Source: an uncultured Candidatus Entotheonella sp. (GTDB lineage: Bacteria; Tectomicrobia; Entotheonellia; Entotheonellales; Entotheonellaceae). Taken from it: 64,000 bases of DNA. The stretch is from NCBI GenBank assembly GCA_965217185.1, contig OZ244252.1, forward strand, positions 64,001 through 128,000. The letters are read 5' to 3'. The notes under the pieces were generated by a model. The model saw only the letters and a list, made by a program, of their open reading frames with translations, did not search any database and had not been told where the DNA came from. How positions within the stretch are numbered: the stretch's first letter is position 1; every line of letters starts with the position of its first letter. Both the position numbers and the translations under genes were made by a program. Below are positions 9,909 through 20,007 of this stretch, in pieces.

Positions 9909-11597
9909 CTACCGCGTGAAGGCCACGATATGGCCGCCGTGTTCCAGGTGGCTTGCCGAGTAGCCCGCGGTGGAGCCGCCGCCGGTCAATTGCACGATGT
10001 ATTGCTTGCCGTTCAGGACGTAGGTGATCGGGCCGGACTTCGGTCTGGCACCGAGCTGGAAGGTGTACAGAATATCCCCCGTGCTGGCGTTCACGGCCTG
10101 GAACTGGCCGGTCTCGCTACCGTAGAAGACCAGATCCCCGGCGGTCGTCAACATGCCGCCGGCGTAACCGCTCTTGCCCTTCTGATCCCGCCAGACTTCC
10201 GCCCCGCTCTGCACGTCCATGGCCAGATTCACTTCGTAGCTGAACAGGAACTCGAACGAGGCGCCGAAGTGTTGCACGTTGCTGATGACCTTGATCTCCT
10301 CGAACGTGTACTCCATGCCCATCTCAATGGCGGGCAGGTAGACGTAGCCGGTGAGCGGATTGTAGGCTGCGGGATACAGATTCACCCCGCCCGCCAGGCT
10401 GGGCCACATCTCGATCGTGGTGCCTTCCTCAGGGACGGCGACCGGATCGATGGGCCGGCCTTCCACGTCATAGCCCTTGGCCCAGGTGATTTTGTCGGAG
10501 AACGCCACCGCCTGCTGAAACTGGCCGGTTTCGGCGTCGATGTAGTGGATGTAACCGGTCTTGTTGGGATGCACGATCGTCTTGCGACCGTTGAGGGTGA
10601 TGATGAGAGGCGTCTGCGGCACGTCGAAGTCCCACGGGTCGCCGGGAACCGCTACGTAGCGCCAAGGCACCCGCCCGGTATCGGTGTCGACCGCCACGAT
10701 GCTGGCGGCGCCCACGTTGTCCATTTTGCCGTCGCCGCGGGTTTTCGGGTTCCACGGGTAGGCGTTGGCCGTGCCGGTGTAATACATCTTCAAGTCAGCG
10801 TCCCAGGAACCGATGATCCAGGGGCCGGCACCGCCGTAGTCGCGGCTGTCGCCCGGCCAACTTTCGTAACCGGGTTCGCCGGGGCCGGGAATCATGTTGG
10901 CTTCATAGAGAATCGAGCCGTCCTCCTGGCTGACGCCGTAGACAAAGCCGGGCAGGCCGCCGGTATCCGTGGCGTTCATCGGCACGATGATCTGTCCGGG
11001 AATCGCCAGGGGCCCGACGGTGGCGAAATAGCCGTTGGCGTCCTCGGATTTTTCAAACGCCTTGGGGTAGTCGAGATACTGCTGCACGAATTTCTGTTCG
11101 CCGGTCTTGTAGTGCATGGCGTGGAGCTTCATGTCGTTGGACAGGAAGAAAATGTGCTCCCCGGCGATGGCCACGCCGCGGTGCTTGCCGGTGAAGAAGG
11201 GAACGTTGTAGCCGCCGAAATCCTCCGGCAACTCGTGTTCGTATTTCCACACTTGCCGGCCCGTGGCCGCGTCGACCGCGTGAACCGTGTTGTCCTGGGC
11301 GATGTACATCAACCCGTCGTAGTAGATGGGGGTGCACTGCGCGTCCGTCTTGCCGCCGGTGGAGTAAATCCACGCCACCCTGAGGTCGCCGGCGTTGGAG
11401 GCATTCACCTGATTCAGCGTGCTGTAGCGATGTCCTGCCCAGTTGCCGTTGACGTGGAGCCAGGAGACGCCCGCCTCGGCGGCCAACATGTCATCCGTTA
11501 CGCCTTGACCCTCGGCCTGCTGCCATCCTCCAAAACCCGTGAGACAGATCAACAGGGCGAGGCTTCCCAATGCCAGTCTGGTAACGATACGGTACAT
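9909..11597 (-). CDS. Secreted PQQ-dependent dehydrogenase (methanol/ethanol-family beta-propeller)
   Basis: Signal peptide, RYSTLNQVN, AVDAATGRQVW repeats, DPWDFD, YVLNGKQYI; AGGAGG RBS. Confidence 0.9.
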   Translation of the reverse strand: MYRIVTRLALGSLALLICLTGFGGWQQAEGQGVTDDMLAAEAGVSWLHVNGNWAGHRYSTLNQVNASNAGDLRVAWIYSTGGKTDAQCTPIYYDGLMYIAQDNTVHAVDAATGRQVWKYEHELPEDFGGYNVPFFTGKHRGVAIAGEHIFFLSNDMKLHAMHYKTGEQKFVQQYLDYPKAFEKSEDANGYFATVGPLAIPGQIIVPMNATDTGGLPGFVYGVSQEDGSILYEANMIPGPGEPGYESWPGDSRDYGGAGPWIIGSWDADLKMYYTGTANAYPWNPKTRGDGKMDNVGAASIVAVDTDTGRVPWRYVAVPGDPWDFDVPQTPLIITLNGRKTIVHPNKTGYIHYIDAETGQFQQAVAFSDKITWAKGYDVEGRPIDPVAVPEEGTTIEMWPSLAGGVNLYPAAYNPLTGYVYLPAIEMGMEYTFEEIKVISNVQHFGASFEFLFSYEVNLAMDVQSGAEVWRDQKGKSGYAGGMLTTAGDLVFYGSETGQFQAVNASTGDILYTFQLGARPKSGPITYVLNGKQYIVQLTGGGSTAGYSASHLEHGGHIVAFTR

Positions 11598-11890
11598 GAC
11601 GTCCCTCCTTTGCAAAGGTCTTGTGCGCAGATACCACGAATCCCTTGACTGACTTTCCCGGCGGTCATCCGACACGTTGAGCCCCTGACTGGCGCGTCCT
11701 GTAAGGCCCAAGTCGAATTGTCGGGTGACTGAGGGGCTAGTACTACAACACGCCTTTTCAGTCAAGCCTTTTCTCGCTCTGCCAAGGGCGTTCTGGGCGC
11801 CTTAAGCAGGCGCACGACGGTCTGTATGACCCCCGGTTCGATGGTATGGCCGTGCCCGGCTTGACGACATTGGCATTACAATACCCCCAA

Positions 11891-12001
11891 GTCGTCATTC
11901 CGGGCCTGACCCGGAATCCTAGGGATCTCGGATCGAGTTAGGGGCAGGCTCTTGGCCTCCGGAAAGCCTCCCGGACCCCGGCTTTCGCTGGGAGTGACGA
12001 C
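11891..12001. repeat. About 111-bp palindromic REP/RPE- or MITE-like element
   Basis: Terminal inverted repeats GTCGTCATTCC / GGAGTGACGAC; internal hairpins ATTCCGGG-CCTGA-CCCGGAAT and CCCGGC-TTTC-GCTGGG. Confidence 0.75.
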
Positions 12002-12122
12002 CTGAAATCCGAGAGCCATTTTCATACCCTCACATGGCCTACAAGGCCACGGTGATTCCCGTCAATTGATTCGACACGGCTGAAATCGGCGGCTTTGGGC
12101 CGCCCCACGGTGAGGTATCCGC

Positions 12123-13376
12123 GTGGCCCGCGTGTTGTTATTGCTGCCGACCCGCACCTATCGGGCGCACGACTTCATGGAGGCGGCCCGCCGCCTGGGG
12201 GTGGAGGTGGTGGTGGGCTCTGAGCGCCAGCAAGCCTTTGCGGCGTTGTTTCCCGGCGGCCACCTGCGGCTGGATTTTCTCAGGCCGCGGCAGGCGGTGC
12301 GGGCGATTGAGGCATTCGCCCGATCATATCCGCTCGACGCCGTTGTGGCGGTTGACGACGACGGTACGCTGCTGGCCGCGGCTGCCGCCAAGGCGCTGGG
12401 ATTGCCGCACAATCCGGTGGCGGCGGTGGCGGCGACACGCAACAAACACCGTCTGCGTCGCAAGGTGTCGGCGACTGGTCTGCTGTCGCCGCGATTCGAG
12501 CGCCTGTCGGTTGAGGATGACCCGGTTCGGGCGGCGCCGCGCATGCCCTTTCCTTGTGTGTTGAAGCCGCTCCATCTGGCGGCCAGTCGCGGGGTCATGC
12601 GGGCCGATGATGCGAAACAATTCGTCGTTGTCTTTGAACGGCTTGTGGCGATCTTGCGCACGCCGGACGTTGTGCAGCGCGGCAGCCGATTAGCACGTCA
12701 CGTGCTGGTGGAGGCGTTCATTCCGGGTACGGAGGTGGCGTTGGAGGGGCTCCTGGTCGGTGGGGAATTGACCGTTCTGGCCGTGTTCGACAAGCCTGAC
12801 CCGCTAGACGGCCCGTTCTTTGAAGAGACGTTGTACGTGACGCCGTCGCGGTTGCCAGCCGACGTGCAGGCGGACCTCGCTGCACAGACGGCCAAGGCGG
12901 TGGCGGCCATCGGGTTGCGGGAAGGTCCCGTGCACGCTGAGTGGCGCGTGAACGGGCACGGCGCGTGGCTTCTCGAAATCGCGGCGCGGTCGATCGGTGG
13001 GTTATGTTCCCGAGTCCTGCAATTCGGGGCGGGCGTGTCGCTGGAGGAGTTAATTCTCATGCACGCCAGCGGTATTGACGTGGCGGCCTATAAACGTGAG
13101 AGCGCTGGTGCCGGTGTGATGATGCTGCCCATCCCGCGTCGCGGCGTGCTGCGCGCCGTCGATGGACAGGAAGTGGCGAGGCGTGTTCCCGGGATTGTGG
13201 ACCTGACGGTCACCATTGCGCTTGGGCAGGAAGTCGTGCCGTTGCCCGAGGGCGTGCAGTATCTGGGCTTTTTGTTCGCCCGCTGCGACACCCCGGAGGA
13301 GGTGGAAGCCTCGCTCCGTGGTGGTCATCAATGCTTATCGTTCACCATTGAGGCGGACACATCCTGGCGTCATTAA
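12123..13376 (+). CDS. ATP-grasp domain protein (L-amino-acid ligase-like)
   Basis: FPCVLKP, ASRGV, VEAFIPG, EIAARSIGG; GTG start after GAGG. Confidence 0.85.
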   Translation: MARVLLLLPTRTYRAHDFMEAARRLGVEVVVGSERQQAFAALFPGGHLRLDFLRPRQAVRAIEAFARSYPLDAVVAVDDDGTLLAAAAAKALGLPHNPVAAVAATRNKHRLRRKVSATGLLSPRFERLSVEDDPVRAAPRMPFPCVLKPLHLAASRGVMRADDAKQFVVVFERLVAILRTPDVVQRGSRLARHVLVEAFIPGTEVALEGLLVGGELTVLAVFDKPDPLDGPFFEETLYVTPSRLPADVQADLAAQTAKAVAAIGLREGPVHAEWRVNGHGAWLLEIAARSIGGLCSRVLQFGAGVSLEELILMHASGIDVAAYKRESAGAGVMMLPIPRRGVLRAVDGQEVARRVPGIVDLTVTIALGQEVVPLPEGVQYLGFLFARCDTPEEVEASLRGGHQCLSFTIEADTSWRH

Positions 13377-13468
13377 TGTTGACGCCCTACTGTGAAATCA
13401 AGGGCGAGCGAAGAGAAACCTACAGTAACTGACAAACGGGTGAGTGGCCTGCAAATTCCGTTGAGTTG

Positions 13469-13855
13469 TCACCTCAAGAGCTCTTCTTTTAGTTGTTCGG
13501 CTAGATCGTCAATACGTTGTCTGTATTCATCGTCAATATAGTAAGGTGGATCCTTTTTCATGAGGCATTGCGTTAAGTCTTCGATTGGCATAACGGAACA
13601 GCCACCTCTCTTATAAACATCGAAAATTCCATCAAGACTCCATGTTGGCCATTGCTCCCAACTACCTGTTATCGATGAACCTTTCGAAACGCATTTACTT
13701 ATGTGTTCTATTCTGCAATCAAGTTCATGCATTGACATTGTGCTAGATGATACAAAAATATGTGCAACGTAATCTCTGTCTAAGAGTATATAGTGATGGT
13801 TAATCAGTATGATTGACAACGCCAGTATGACAATAAACAGCAGAATCTTCCCCAT
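13469..13855 (-). CDS. AT-rich orphan with an N-terminal hydrophobic/signal segment
   Basis: 128-aa ORF filling a sharply AT-rich interval directly downstream of purA. Confidence 0.6.
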   Translation of the reverse strand: MGKILLFIVILALSIILINHHYILLDRDYVAHIFVSSSTMSMHELDCRIEHISKCVSKGSSITGSWEQWPTWSLDGIFDVYKRGGCSVMPIEDLTQCLMKKDPPYYIDDEYRQRIDDLAEQLKEELLR

Positions 13856-13882
13856 TGGGTTTTCCCAACAAGAGTAGAATTT

Positions 13883-15169
13883 TCAGAAAATGGGGTTGTG
13901 CACCACGGCATGCTCTCGGCCGTGACCGGTGGAAATGATGGACACCTCGCTCTCCATAACCGCTGTCAGCCGGTCGATATATCGCTTGGCGCCGTCTGGA
14001 AAATCTTTGTACGACGTCAACCCCGCGGTCGTCGCCTGCCAGCCGGGCAACTCCTCGTAGATCGGCTCGGCTTCCTGCAAGACGGTCAAATCGCTCGGCA
14101 TGTTCTTTAGCACCTCACCCCGATAGCGGTAGGCGGTGCACAGCGACAGGGAGGGCAGCGTGTCGAGGACGTCCAGTTTGGTGAGTGCCAGGCTGGTGAC
14201 GCCGTTGTGCCACAGGCTGGACCGCGCGCTCACCGCATCGAACCAGCCGCAGCGCCGCACCCGACCGGTGGTGGCGCCGAATTCCTGTCCGCGCTCCTGC
14301 AGAATTTTCCCGTCGCTGTTTTGCAACTCGGTGGGGAAGGGACCCATGCCGACCCGTGTGGCGTATGCCTTCACCACCCCGATCACGTGCGTCAGGCGCG
14401 TCGGAGCAATTCCCGCACCGCTGCACAGCCCGCTGCTGTTGGTGTTCGACGAGGTGACGTACGGGTAGGTGCCGTGATCGAGATCGAGGAGCGACCCCTG
14501 GGCGCCTTCCAGCAGCAGATGCTCGCCTTTGCGGATGGCCTCGCGCACCATGACGTCGGTGTCCTGCACAAAATCGCGCAACGTGTCGGCGTAACCGGCA
14601 TACGCCTCGCAGACCGTCTCGGGGTCGACGGGTTCCTGGTGGAAGAAATCGCGCAGCAGGAAATTGTTCTCCGGCAGATTGGCCTCCAGGCGCTCGCGGA
14701 ATTGCGACGGCGATAGCACGTCCTGCATCCTCACGCCGCTGCGCGCCGCTTTGTCGGTGTACGTGGGGCCGATCCCCCTGCCGGTGGTGCCGATTTTCTG
14801 GCCGCCGCGTCGCGCCTCGCGCCCAACGTCCAGCAGGCGGTGGTGGGGCAGGGTGACGTGCGCCTTGGGGCTGATGAACAAGCGTCCACGCAGATCGATG
14901 CCACGAGCTTTCAGTTGCTGCATCTCCTCCACCAATGACTCGGGATCAATGACCACACCGGCGCCGATGATGCAGCGAATGCCGGGATGCAACACCCCGG
15001 AGGGGATTTGGTGAAAGACGTACTTCTCGTCGCCGACCACGATGGTGTGCCCGGCATTGGCGCCGCCCTGACAGCGGATGACCCACTGCACCTGCGGGGT
15101 TAGCAAATCGACGATCTTGCCTTTTCCTTCATCGCCCCACTGGACGCCCACAATCGCCACAACTGCCAT
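13883..15169 (-). CDS. purA: Adenylosuccinate synthetase
   Basis: QWGDEGKGK, GGANAGHT, GATTGRVRRCGWFD. Confidence 0.98.
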   Translation of the reverse strand: MAVVAIVGVQWGDEGKGKIVDLLTPQVQWVIRCQGGANAGHTIVVGDEKYVFHQIPSGVLHPGIRCIIGAGVVIDPESLVEEMQQLKARGIDLRGRLFISPKAHVTLPHHRLLDVGREARRGGQKIGTTGRGIGPTYTDKAARSGVRMQDVLSPSQFRERLEANLPENNFLLRDFFHQEPVDPETVCEAYAGYADTLRDFVQDTDVMVREAIRKGEHLLLEGAQGSLLDLDHGTYPYVTSSNTNSSGLCSGAGIAPTRLTHVIGVVKAYATRVGMGPFPTELQNSDGKILQERGQEFGATTGRVRRCGWFDAVSARSSLWHNGVTSLALTKLDVLDTLPSLSLCTAYRYRGEVLKNMPSDLTVLQEAEPIYEELPGWQATTAGLTSYKDFPDGAKRYIDRLTAVMESEVSIISTGHGREHAVVHNPIF

Positions 15170-15197
15170 GTATTGTTCTCCGTTTCTCGCTGCAAAG

Positions 15198-16169
15198 TCA
15201 GCCGTCGCCCAGCCCCGGCACACCGCCGACACTGCAGGCCGCCTTCACTGCGGCGCTCAGGGATTCGGCTACCAAGTCGGCCGCCACAATCCCCAGTTGA
15301 ATGGGGTCGGCGGTCTGCGTGCCTGTCGATACGGCAAACATCGTGTCGCCGTCGTACAGCGTATGGGCGGGCGACAATCCCTTGACGAAGCCATGCTGCG
15401 CAAGCTGAGCCAATTTGCGGGCCTGCGGTTTGCTTAACTTGGCGTTGGTCGCCACGACGCCGAGCGTCGTGTTGGTGCCGGCGTCCAGACGGGGCGTGGC
15501 CCCCCGCCGCAACTGTTCGGCGGTATCCGCCAGTGCCATGCTGTCAGGGGCTTCGCGGGTGCCCGCCAGCAGCGCGCCGGTGGCTGGCTCTCGGACATCG
15601 CCGAGCGCGTTGCAGACGACCAGGGCGCCGACCCATATGTCGTTGTCGATCTGTGCGCTTGCCGTTCCCACGCCGCCCTGCATGGCCTGGGGCATGCCGT
15701 ACAACTTGCCGACCGTGGCGCCCATGCCGGCGCCGGCGTTGCCCTGTTCAACCGGTCCGGCAGCGGCGGCTTGGCACGCCGCGTATCCCATGGCAGCGTC
15801 GGGGCGTATGCCGGCCGATCCGATGCCCAAGTCGTAGATAATCGCGGCCGGTACGATCGGCACGCAAGCGGCAGGTGTCGAAAATCCGATGCCCTGTTCT
15901 TCCAGCGCCCGCATGACGCCACCCGCCGCGTCCAGCCCGAAGGCGCTGCCGCCTGACAGCGTGATGGCGTGAATCGTCGGCGTCAGGTGTATGGCGTCCA
16001 GAACGACCAATTCCCGCGTGCCGCTCGCCGAACCGCGCACGTCAACCCCGCCCACGGCGCCATCCGGAAAGACCACAACGGTGCAGCCGGTCAACGCCTC
16101 GGCATCCTGCGCCTGGCCGACCAGCACGCCCGGCACGTCGGTTATCGCCTGCCACATAACGCCCCGCAT
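15198..16169 (-). CDS. P1/S58 (DmpA-like) peptidase family protein
   Basis: ITDVPGVLVG, SGGSAFGL, NTTLGVVATNA, HTLYDGDT. Confidence 0.9.
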   Translation of the reverse strand: MRGVMWQAITDVPGVLVGQAQDAEALTGCTVVVFPDGAVGGVDVRGSASGTRELVVLDAIHLTPTIHAITLSGGSAFGLDAAGGVMRALEEQGIGFSTPAACVPIVPAAIIYDLGIGSAGIRPDAAMGYAACQAAAAGPVEQGNAGAGMGATVGKLYGMPQAMQGGVGTASAQIDNDIWVGALVVCNALGDVREPATGALLAGTREAPDSMALADTAEQLRRGATPRLDAGTNTTLGVVATNAKLSKPQARKLAQLAQHGFVKGLSPAHTLYDGDTMFAVSTGTQTADPIQLGIVAADLVAESLSAAVKAACSVGGVPGLGDG

Positions 16170-16171
16170 CC

Positions 16172-17509
16172 TTATCCGGTGCTGCTTACCATCTCACCGA
16201 TGGCCAAGCCGCCGCTCACGCCATGCAAGCGCACCAGCGCCATCCGGTTCGACAGATCTTCCGACGCTTCGACGCCCACCTTGAGGTAATTGTCGCTGAA
16301 ACCGGTATACAGGCCCGAGGGCTCAAGACGCTCGAACAGCACTCGCGCCGTGGTTCCTACGTGGCTGCGATAAAACGCCGCCTTTTTGCGGGCGCTGAGT
16401 TCCCGCAGGATGCGGCTGCGTGCCTGAATGACGGCGGGCGGAACGGGATCCGTATAGCGTTGGGCGTACGTGTGCGGTCGCTCGGAGTATGAAAAAACGT
16501 GGCAATAGGCCAGCGGCAGGTCGGCCAGCAACAGGCGGGTGTTGGCGAATGCGGCCTCGTCTTCGCCGGGGAAGCCCACCATCGCGTCCGTGCCCAGGCA
16601 AACATCCGGCACGCGCGCCGTGACTCGTTCGATAAACGCCGCGAAGTCGGCGCGCGTGTAGCGCCGCTTCATGCGCTGCAGCACGCCGTCGTCGCCGCTC
16701 TGCAGGGGTACGTGCAGGTACGGGCACAGCTTGGACGAGGTCGCCATCCAATCGACCAGTGCCTCGGGGATGGTGGTCGGCTCAATGGAACTGATACGGA
16801 CACGGTCGAGGCCGTCAACGTCTTCCAACGCACGGATAACCTGGAGCAGGTCGTGGCCGTCGGTTGTGTAGGTGCCGATGTTGACGCCGGTGAGCACGAT
16901 CTCTCGGTGACCCCTTTCGACCAGGCCGCGGGCCTCCCGGAGGATGTCCGGGAACTTGCGGCTGCGCGCGCCGCCGCGGCTGAAGGGGATGATGCAGAAG
17001 GCGCAGGCGAAGTTGCAGCCGTCCTGGATTTTCAGGTTGGCCCGCGTGTGAGCGCTGTAATTGCCAATCACGTCCAGGGTGAAATCATCGCGGGCGATTT
17101 TCGGGGTGTGAACGACGCGCGGCGCGGCTTCCTTTTGCGGCGCGTCGATAAGGTCCACGACCTGCATTTTGTGGGCCGTGCCGACGATCAAATCGAGCCC
17201 GTCGATGCCTTGCAACGCCTCCTTGCCCACCTGCGCGTAGCATCCGGTGACGACCACGTAGGCGCTCGGCGAGCGGCGCAGCACGGTGCGCACTGCCTGG
17301 CGACACTTGGCCTCGGCGCCTTCGGTGACCGAGCAGGTATTGATGACGCACACGTCGGTGTCGGCGCCGTAATCGACGATGTGGTAACCCCGGTTGGCAA
17401 ACGTCGCGCTGATCGACGCCGTCTCGGCCTGATTGAGGCGGCAGCCCAAGGTGTGGAACGACGCTCGCAAGCCGTTTTCGGGGCTCGCCGGCCCGTCAGT
17501 TGTACGCAT
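16172..17509 (-). CDS. mtaB: tRNA t6A37 methylthiotransferase
   Basis: TLGCRLNQAE, INTCSVT, radical SAM CNFACAFC, RISSIEP. Confidence 0.93.
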   Translation of the reverse strand: MRTTDGPASPENGLRASFHTLGCRLNQAETASISATFANRGYHIVDYGADTDVCVINTCSVTEGAEAKCRQAVRTVLRRSPSAYVVVTGCYAQVGKEALQGIDGLDLIVGTAHKMQVVDLIDAPQKEAAPRVVHTPKIARDDFTLDVIGNYSAHTRANLKIQDGCNFACAFCIIPFSRGGARSRKFPDILREARGLVERGHREIVLTGVNIGTYTTDGHDLLQVIRALEDVDGLDRVRISSIEPTTIPEALVDWMATSSKLCPYLHVPLQSGDDGVLQRMKRRYTRADFAAFIERVTARVPDVCLGTDAMVGFPGEDEAAFANTRLLLADLPLAYCHVFSYSERPHTYAQRYTDPVPPAVIQARSRILRELSARKKAAFYRSHVGTTARVLFERLEPSGLYTGFSDNYLKVGVEASEDLSNRMALVRLHGVSGGLAIGEMVSSTG

Positions 17510-17632
17510 TGCTTTCTCCTGAAACCGTCCGGCTACACAAGACGCGTCGGCTTGCTCGCCATCTATGGGTGCGCTACGCTTCTCACGCCACCGAATAGGA
17601 TCCTGGATATTTCAATCAAGCGAGGAATCATT

Positions 17633-18544
17633 GTGCGGCATGCCACAACCCGCCAAGTGCGCGTCCGCGTTCCGGCTACGACGGCCAACCTGGGTTGCGG
17701 GTTCGACATCCTGGGGCTCGCGCTGCAAATCTACAATACCTTTACGTTGACTCTGACGCCCGAACCGGGCTGGCGCGTCACGCTGCCGGACGGGGTCGAT
17801 CTGCCGTCCGATAGCAATAACCTGGTGTTCAAGGCCGCCCGCGACGTGTTTGCCAAGGTCGGTGACACACCGGCGGGATTGCATTTGTCGTTGGATATGG
17901 ACATCCCCCTGGCGCGCGGTCTTGGCAGCAGTTCAGCGGCAATCGTCGGTGGTCTGCTCGCCGCCAACGCGCTGGCCGGCAATCCGCTGAAACCTGAGGC
18001 GCTGCTTGCCATGGCCGTCGAGATGGAGGGGCATCCCGACAACGTCACTCCAGCGCTGATGGGCGGTCTGACCCTCTCCTATGCCATCGACGGGTGTCAT
18101 GCGTTCCTGCCCCTGAATTTTCCGTCCGACCTGAGCCTGATCGTGGCCATCCCCGACTTTGAACTGCCGACCGCCAAGGCGCGTGCCGTGCTTCCTCCGC
18201 AGATCAGCCGGGCCGACGCGGTGTTCAATTGCAGCCGCACCGCCCTGCTCATGGCGGCGCTTCAGATGAAGCGCTACGACCTCCTGGCCGCGGCCATGGA
18301 CGACCGTCTCCACCAGCCTTTTCGCGCCGCCCTTGTTCCCGGCATGGAAGCCGCCATGGCCGCCGGCTATCGCGCCAAGGCGTTGGGTGTGGTGCTCAGT
18401 GGCGCCGGGCCTACCCTGGTCGCCTTGGCCCGCTCCGAGTCGCAGGCCGTCGCCGCGGCGATCAGCGACGCCTTCGCGGCACATCATGTTACGTGCCGGA
18501 CCCAACTCGTACAAGCCGACATCGAAGGCGCCATGGTCTGGTAG
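17633..18544 (+). CDS. thrB: Homoserine kinase
   Basis: PATTANLGCGFD, PLARGLGSSSAA, EGHPDN, SGAGPT; GTG start after GAGGA. Confidence 0.95.
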   Translation: MRHATTRQVRVRVPATTANLGCGFDILGLALQIYNTFTLTLTPEPGWRVTLPDGVDLPSDSNNLVFKAARDVFAKVGDTPAGLHLSLDMDIPLARGLGSSSAAIVGGLLAANALAGNPLKPEALLAMAVEMEGHPDNVTPALMGGLTLSYAIDGCHAFLPLNFPSDLSLIVAIPDFELPTAKARAVLPPQISRADAVFNCSRTALLMAALQMKRYDLLAAAMDDRLHQPFRAALVPGMEAAMAAGYRAKALGVVLSGAGPTLVALARSESQAVAAAISDAFAAHHVTCRTQLVQADIEGAMVW

Positions 18545-18762
18545 ACAGGGGTCATCATTTGGCGCCGGGCTACCTTTGACGAAGGCGGGATTGTACCACA
18601 AGGGTCTGGCTCCGTTGTTGCAGGCTGTGTTCAGGGCACTTCGGGAAGGCTTGACAAAGAAGGGTGGCTTATGAGAGAAGTGCCGACGCGAATGCAAGCG
18701 TCGCTACGGAGTGTGGTAGTGCGGCTCAACGGTTAATTGTCATACGGAGAGAGGAGCACGTC

Positions 18763-19881
18763 ATGCAAGTAGAATGGCTGAAGCGATACATGACCCAGCA
18801 GCACCAGGGTTGCCAACACGAACACGTCGCGGGGGCAGAGGATGCCACGACCGAACAAGACGAAGGCGGCGTGTCGCGCCGTGATTTCGTCAAGACCGGC
18901 TTTGCCGCCGGCATGGCCGCCGGCATGGCTGCCGGGCACGTGATCGGTGAGCCCGGGGAAGCCGAGGCGGAGGCGCACTGGGATTTCCCCTTGGGCGCCC
19001 AGTGGTGGCCGTCCGAATGGGGCCCGGAGGATGAGGCCGGCGCTTCCAACCGCATCACGCCGAGCAAGGTGCTGGAGGCCGCCAGCCTGATTCGCAAGGG
19101 CAAGACATACCGCCTTGGCATGGTACTGGAGGCTGGGGTTCCCCTGTTTGGCGCACGGCACGTTTCGATCACCATTCCGGGCGGCCCCACCGGCGGTCCG
19201 TTTGGCGACCAGCAACTCATGTACAACGACGAGATGTTCAGCGGCGAGATCGGCCAAGTCGGGTCGCAGTTTGACGGCCTCGGCCACATTGGCGCCAAGG
19301 TGGGCGACACGATCCGCTACTACAACGGCTTCACGCAGGACCAGGTGGGCGGCTCTTATGGCTTGCAAAAGTTGGGCGTTCACAACTGCAAGCCGTTTTT
19401 CACGCGCGGTATCCTGCTTGACGTGGCGTCCATGAAGGGTGAAGAACGGCTGCCTATCGGCTACGTCATCACCATGAACGATGTCGCGGACACGCTCAGC
19501 AAGCAGGGCATTAGCGAACCCGGTGAGGGCGACGCGGTCATGTTCCGCACCGGCCACATCAGCTTGTGGATGAAAGACAACGAAGAGTACAACAAGGGCT
19601 GCCCGGGTCCCGGCGCGACGGTGGCCAGATGGCTCGCCGAGCGCAAAATCGCCTGCGTCGGCGGCGACAGTTGGCCGGTCGAGGCCGTGCCGGGTGAGGT
19701 GGAGAGCCAGCCGTTCGCGTGCCACGTGATCTGGATCCCCATGAACGGCATCTACATCATCGAGAACCAGTTCCTGGATGAATTGGCGAACGACGGCGTT
19801 TACGAGTTTGCCTGGTCGTTCAGCCCGTGGCCGGTCAAGGGCGGCACCGGGGCACCGGGCATCTCCGTGGCCATTGCCTAA
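18763..19881 (+). CDS. Cyclase-family (kynurenine formamidase-like) metallohydrolase with a Tat motif
   Basis: SRRDFVK twin-arginine motif, QVGSQFDGLGH, TRGILLDV, FRTG, IIEN. Confidence 0.85.
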   Translation: MQVEWLKRYMTQQHQGCQHEHVAGAEDATTEQDEGGVSRRDFVKTGFAAGMAAGMAAGHVIGEPGEAEAEAHWDFPLGAQWWPSEWGPEDEAGASNRITPSKVLEAASLIRKGKTYRLGMVLEAGVPLFGARHVSITIPGGPTGGPFGDQQLMYNDEMFSGEIGQVGSQFDGLGHIGAKVGDTIRYYNGFTQDQVGGSYGLQKLGVHNCKPFFTRGILLDVASMKGEERLPIGYVITMNDVADTLSKQGISEPGEGDAVMFRTGHISLWMKDNEEYNKGCPGPGATVARWLAERKIACVGGDSWPVEAVPGEVESQPFACHVIWIPMNGIYIIENQFLDELANDGVYEFAWSFSPWPVKGGTGAPGISVAIA

Positions 19882-20007
19882 TTCGGGCAACACGGGTTTG
19901 TAATTCCTCCCTGATACCGGGGCGAGTGTTGCATGGCAGCGCTCGCCCCGTCTTTTTTTGGATTCCCAAAACCCGGCTTCAAATTGGCATGCCAGAAAGG
20001 GCGCAGC

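Noticed and set aside
9825..11648. 607-aa plus-strand ORF
   Set aside because: Antisense shadow of the PQQ dehydrogenase, typical of GC-rich DNA; no motifs
16499..17632. Long N-terminal extension of thrB
   Set aside because: Overlaps mtaB on the opposite strand; an RBS and GTG at 17633 give a normal-length ThrB
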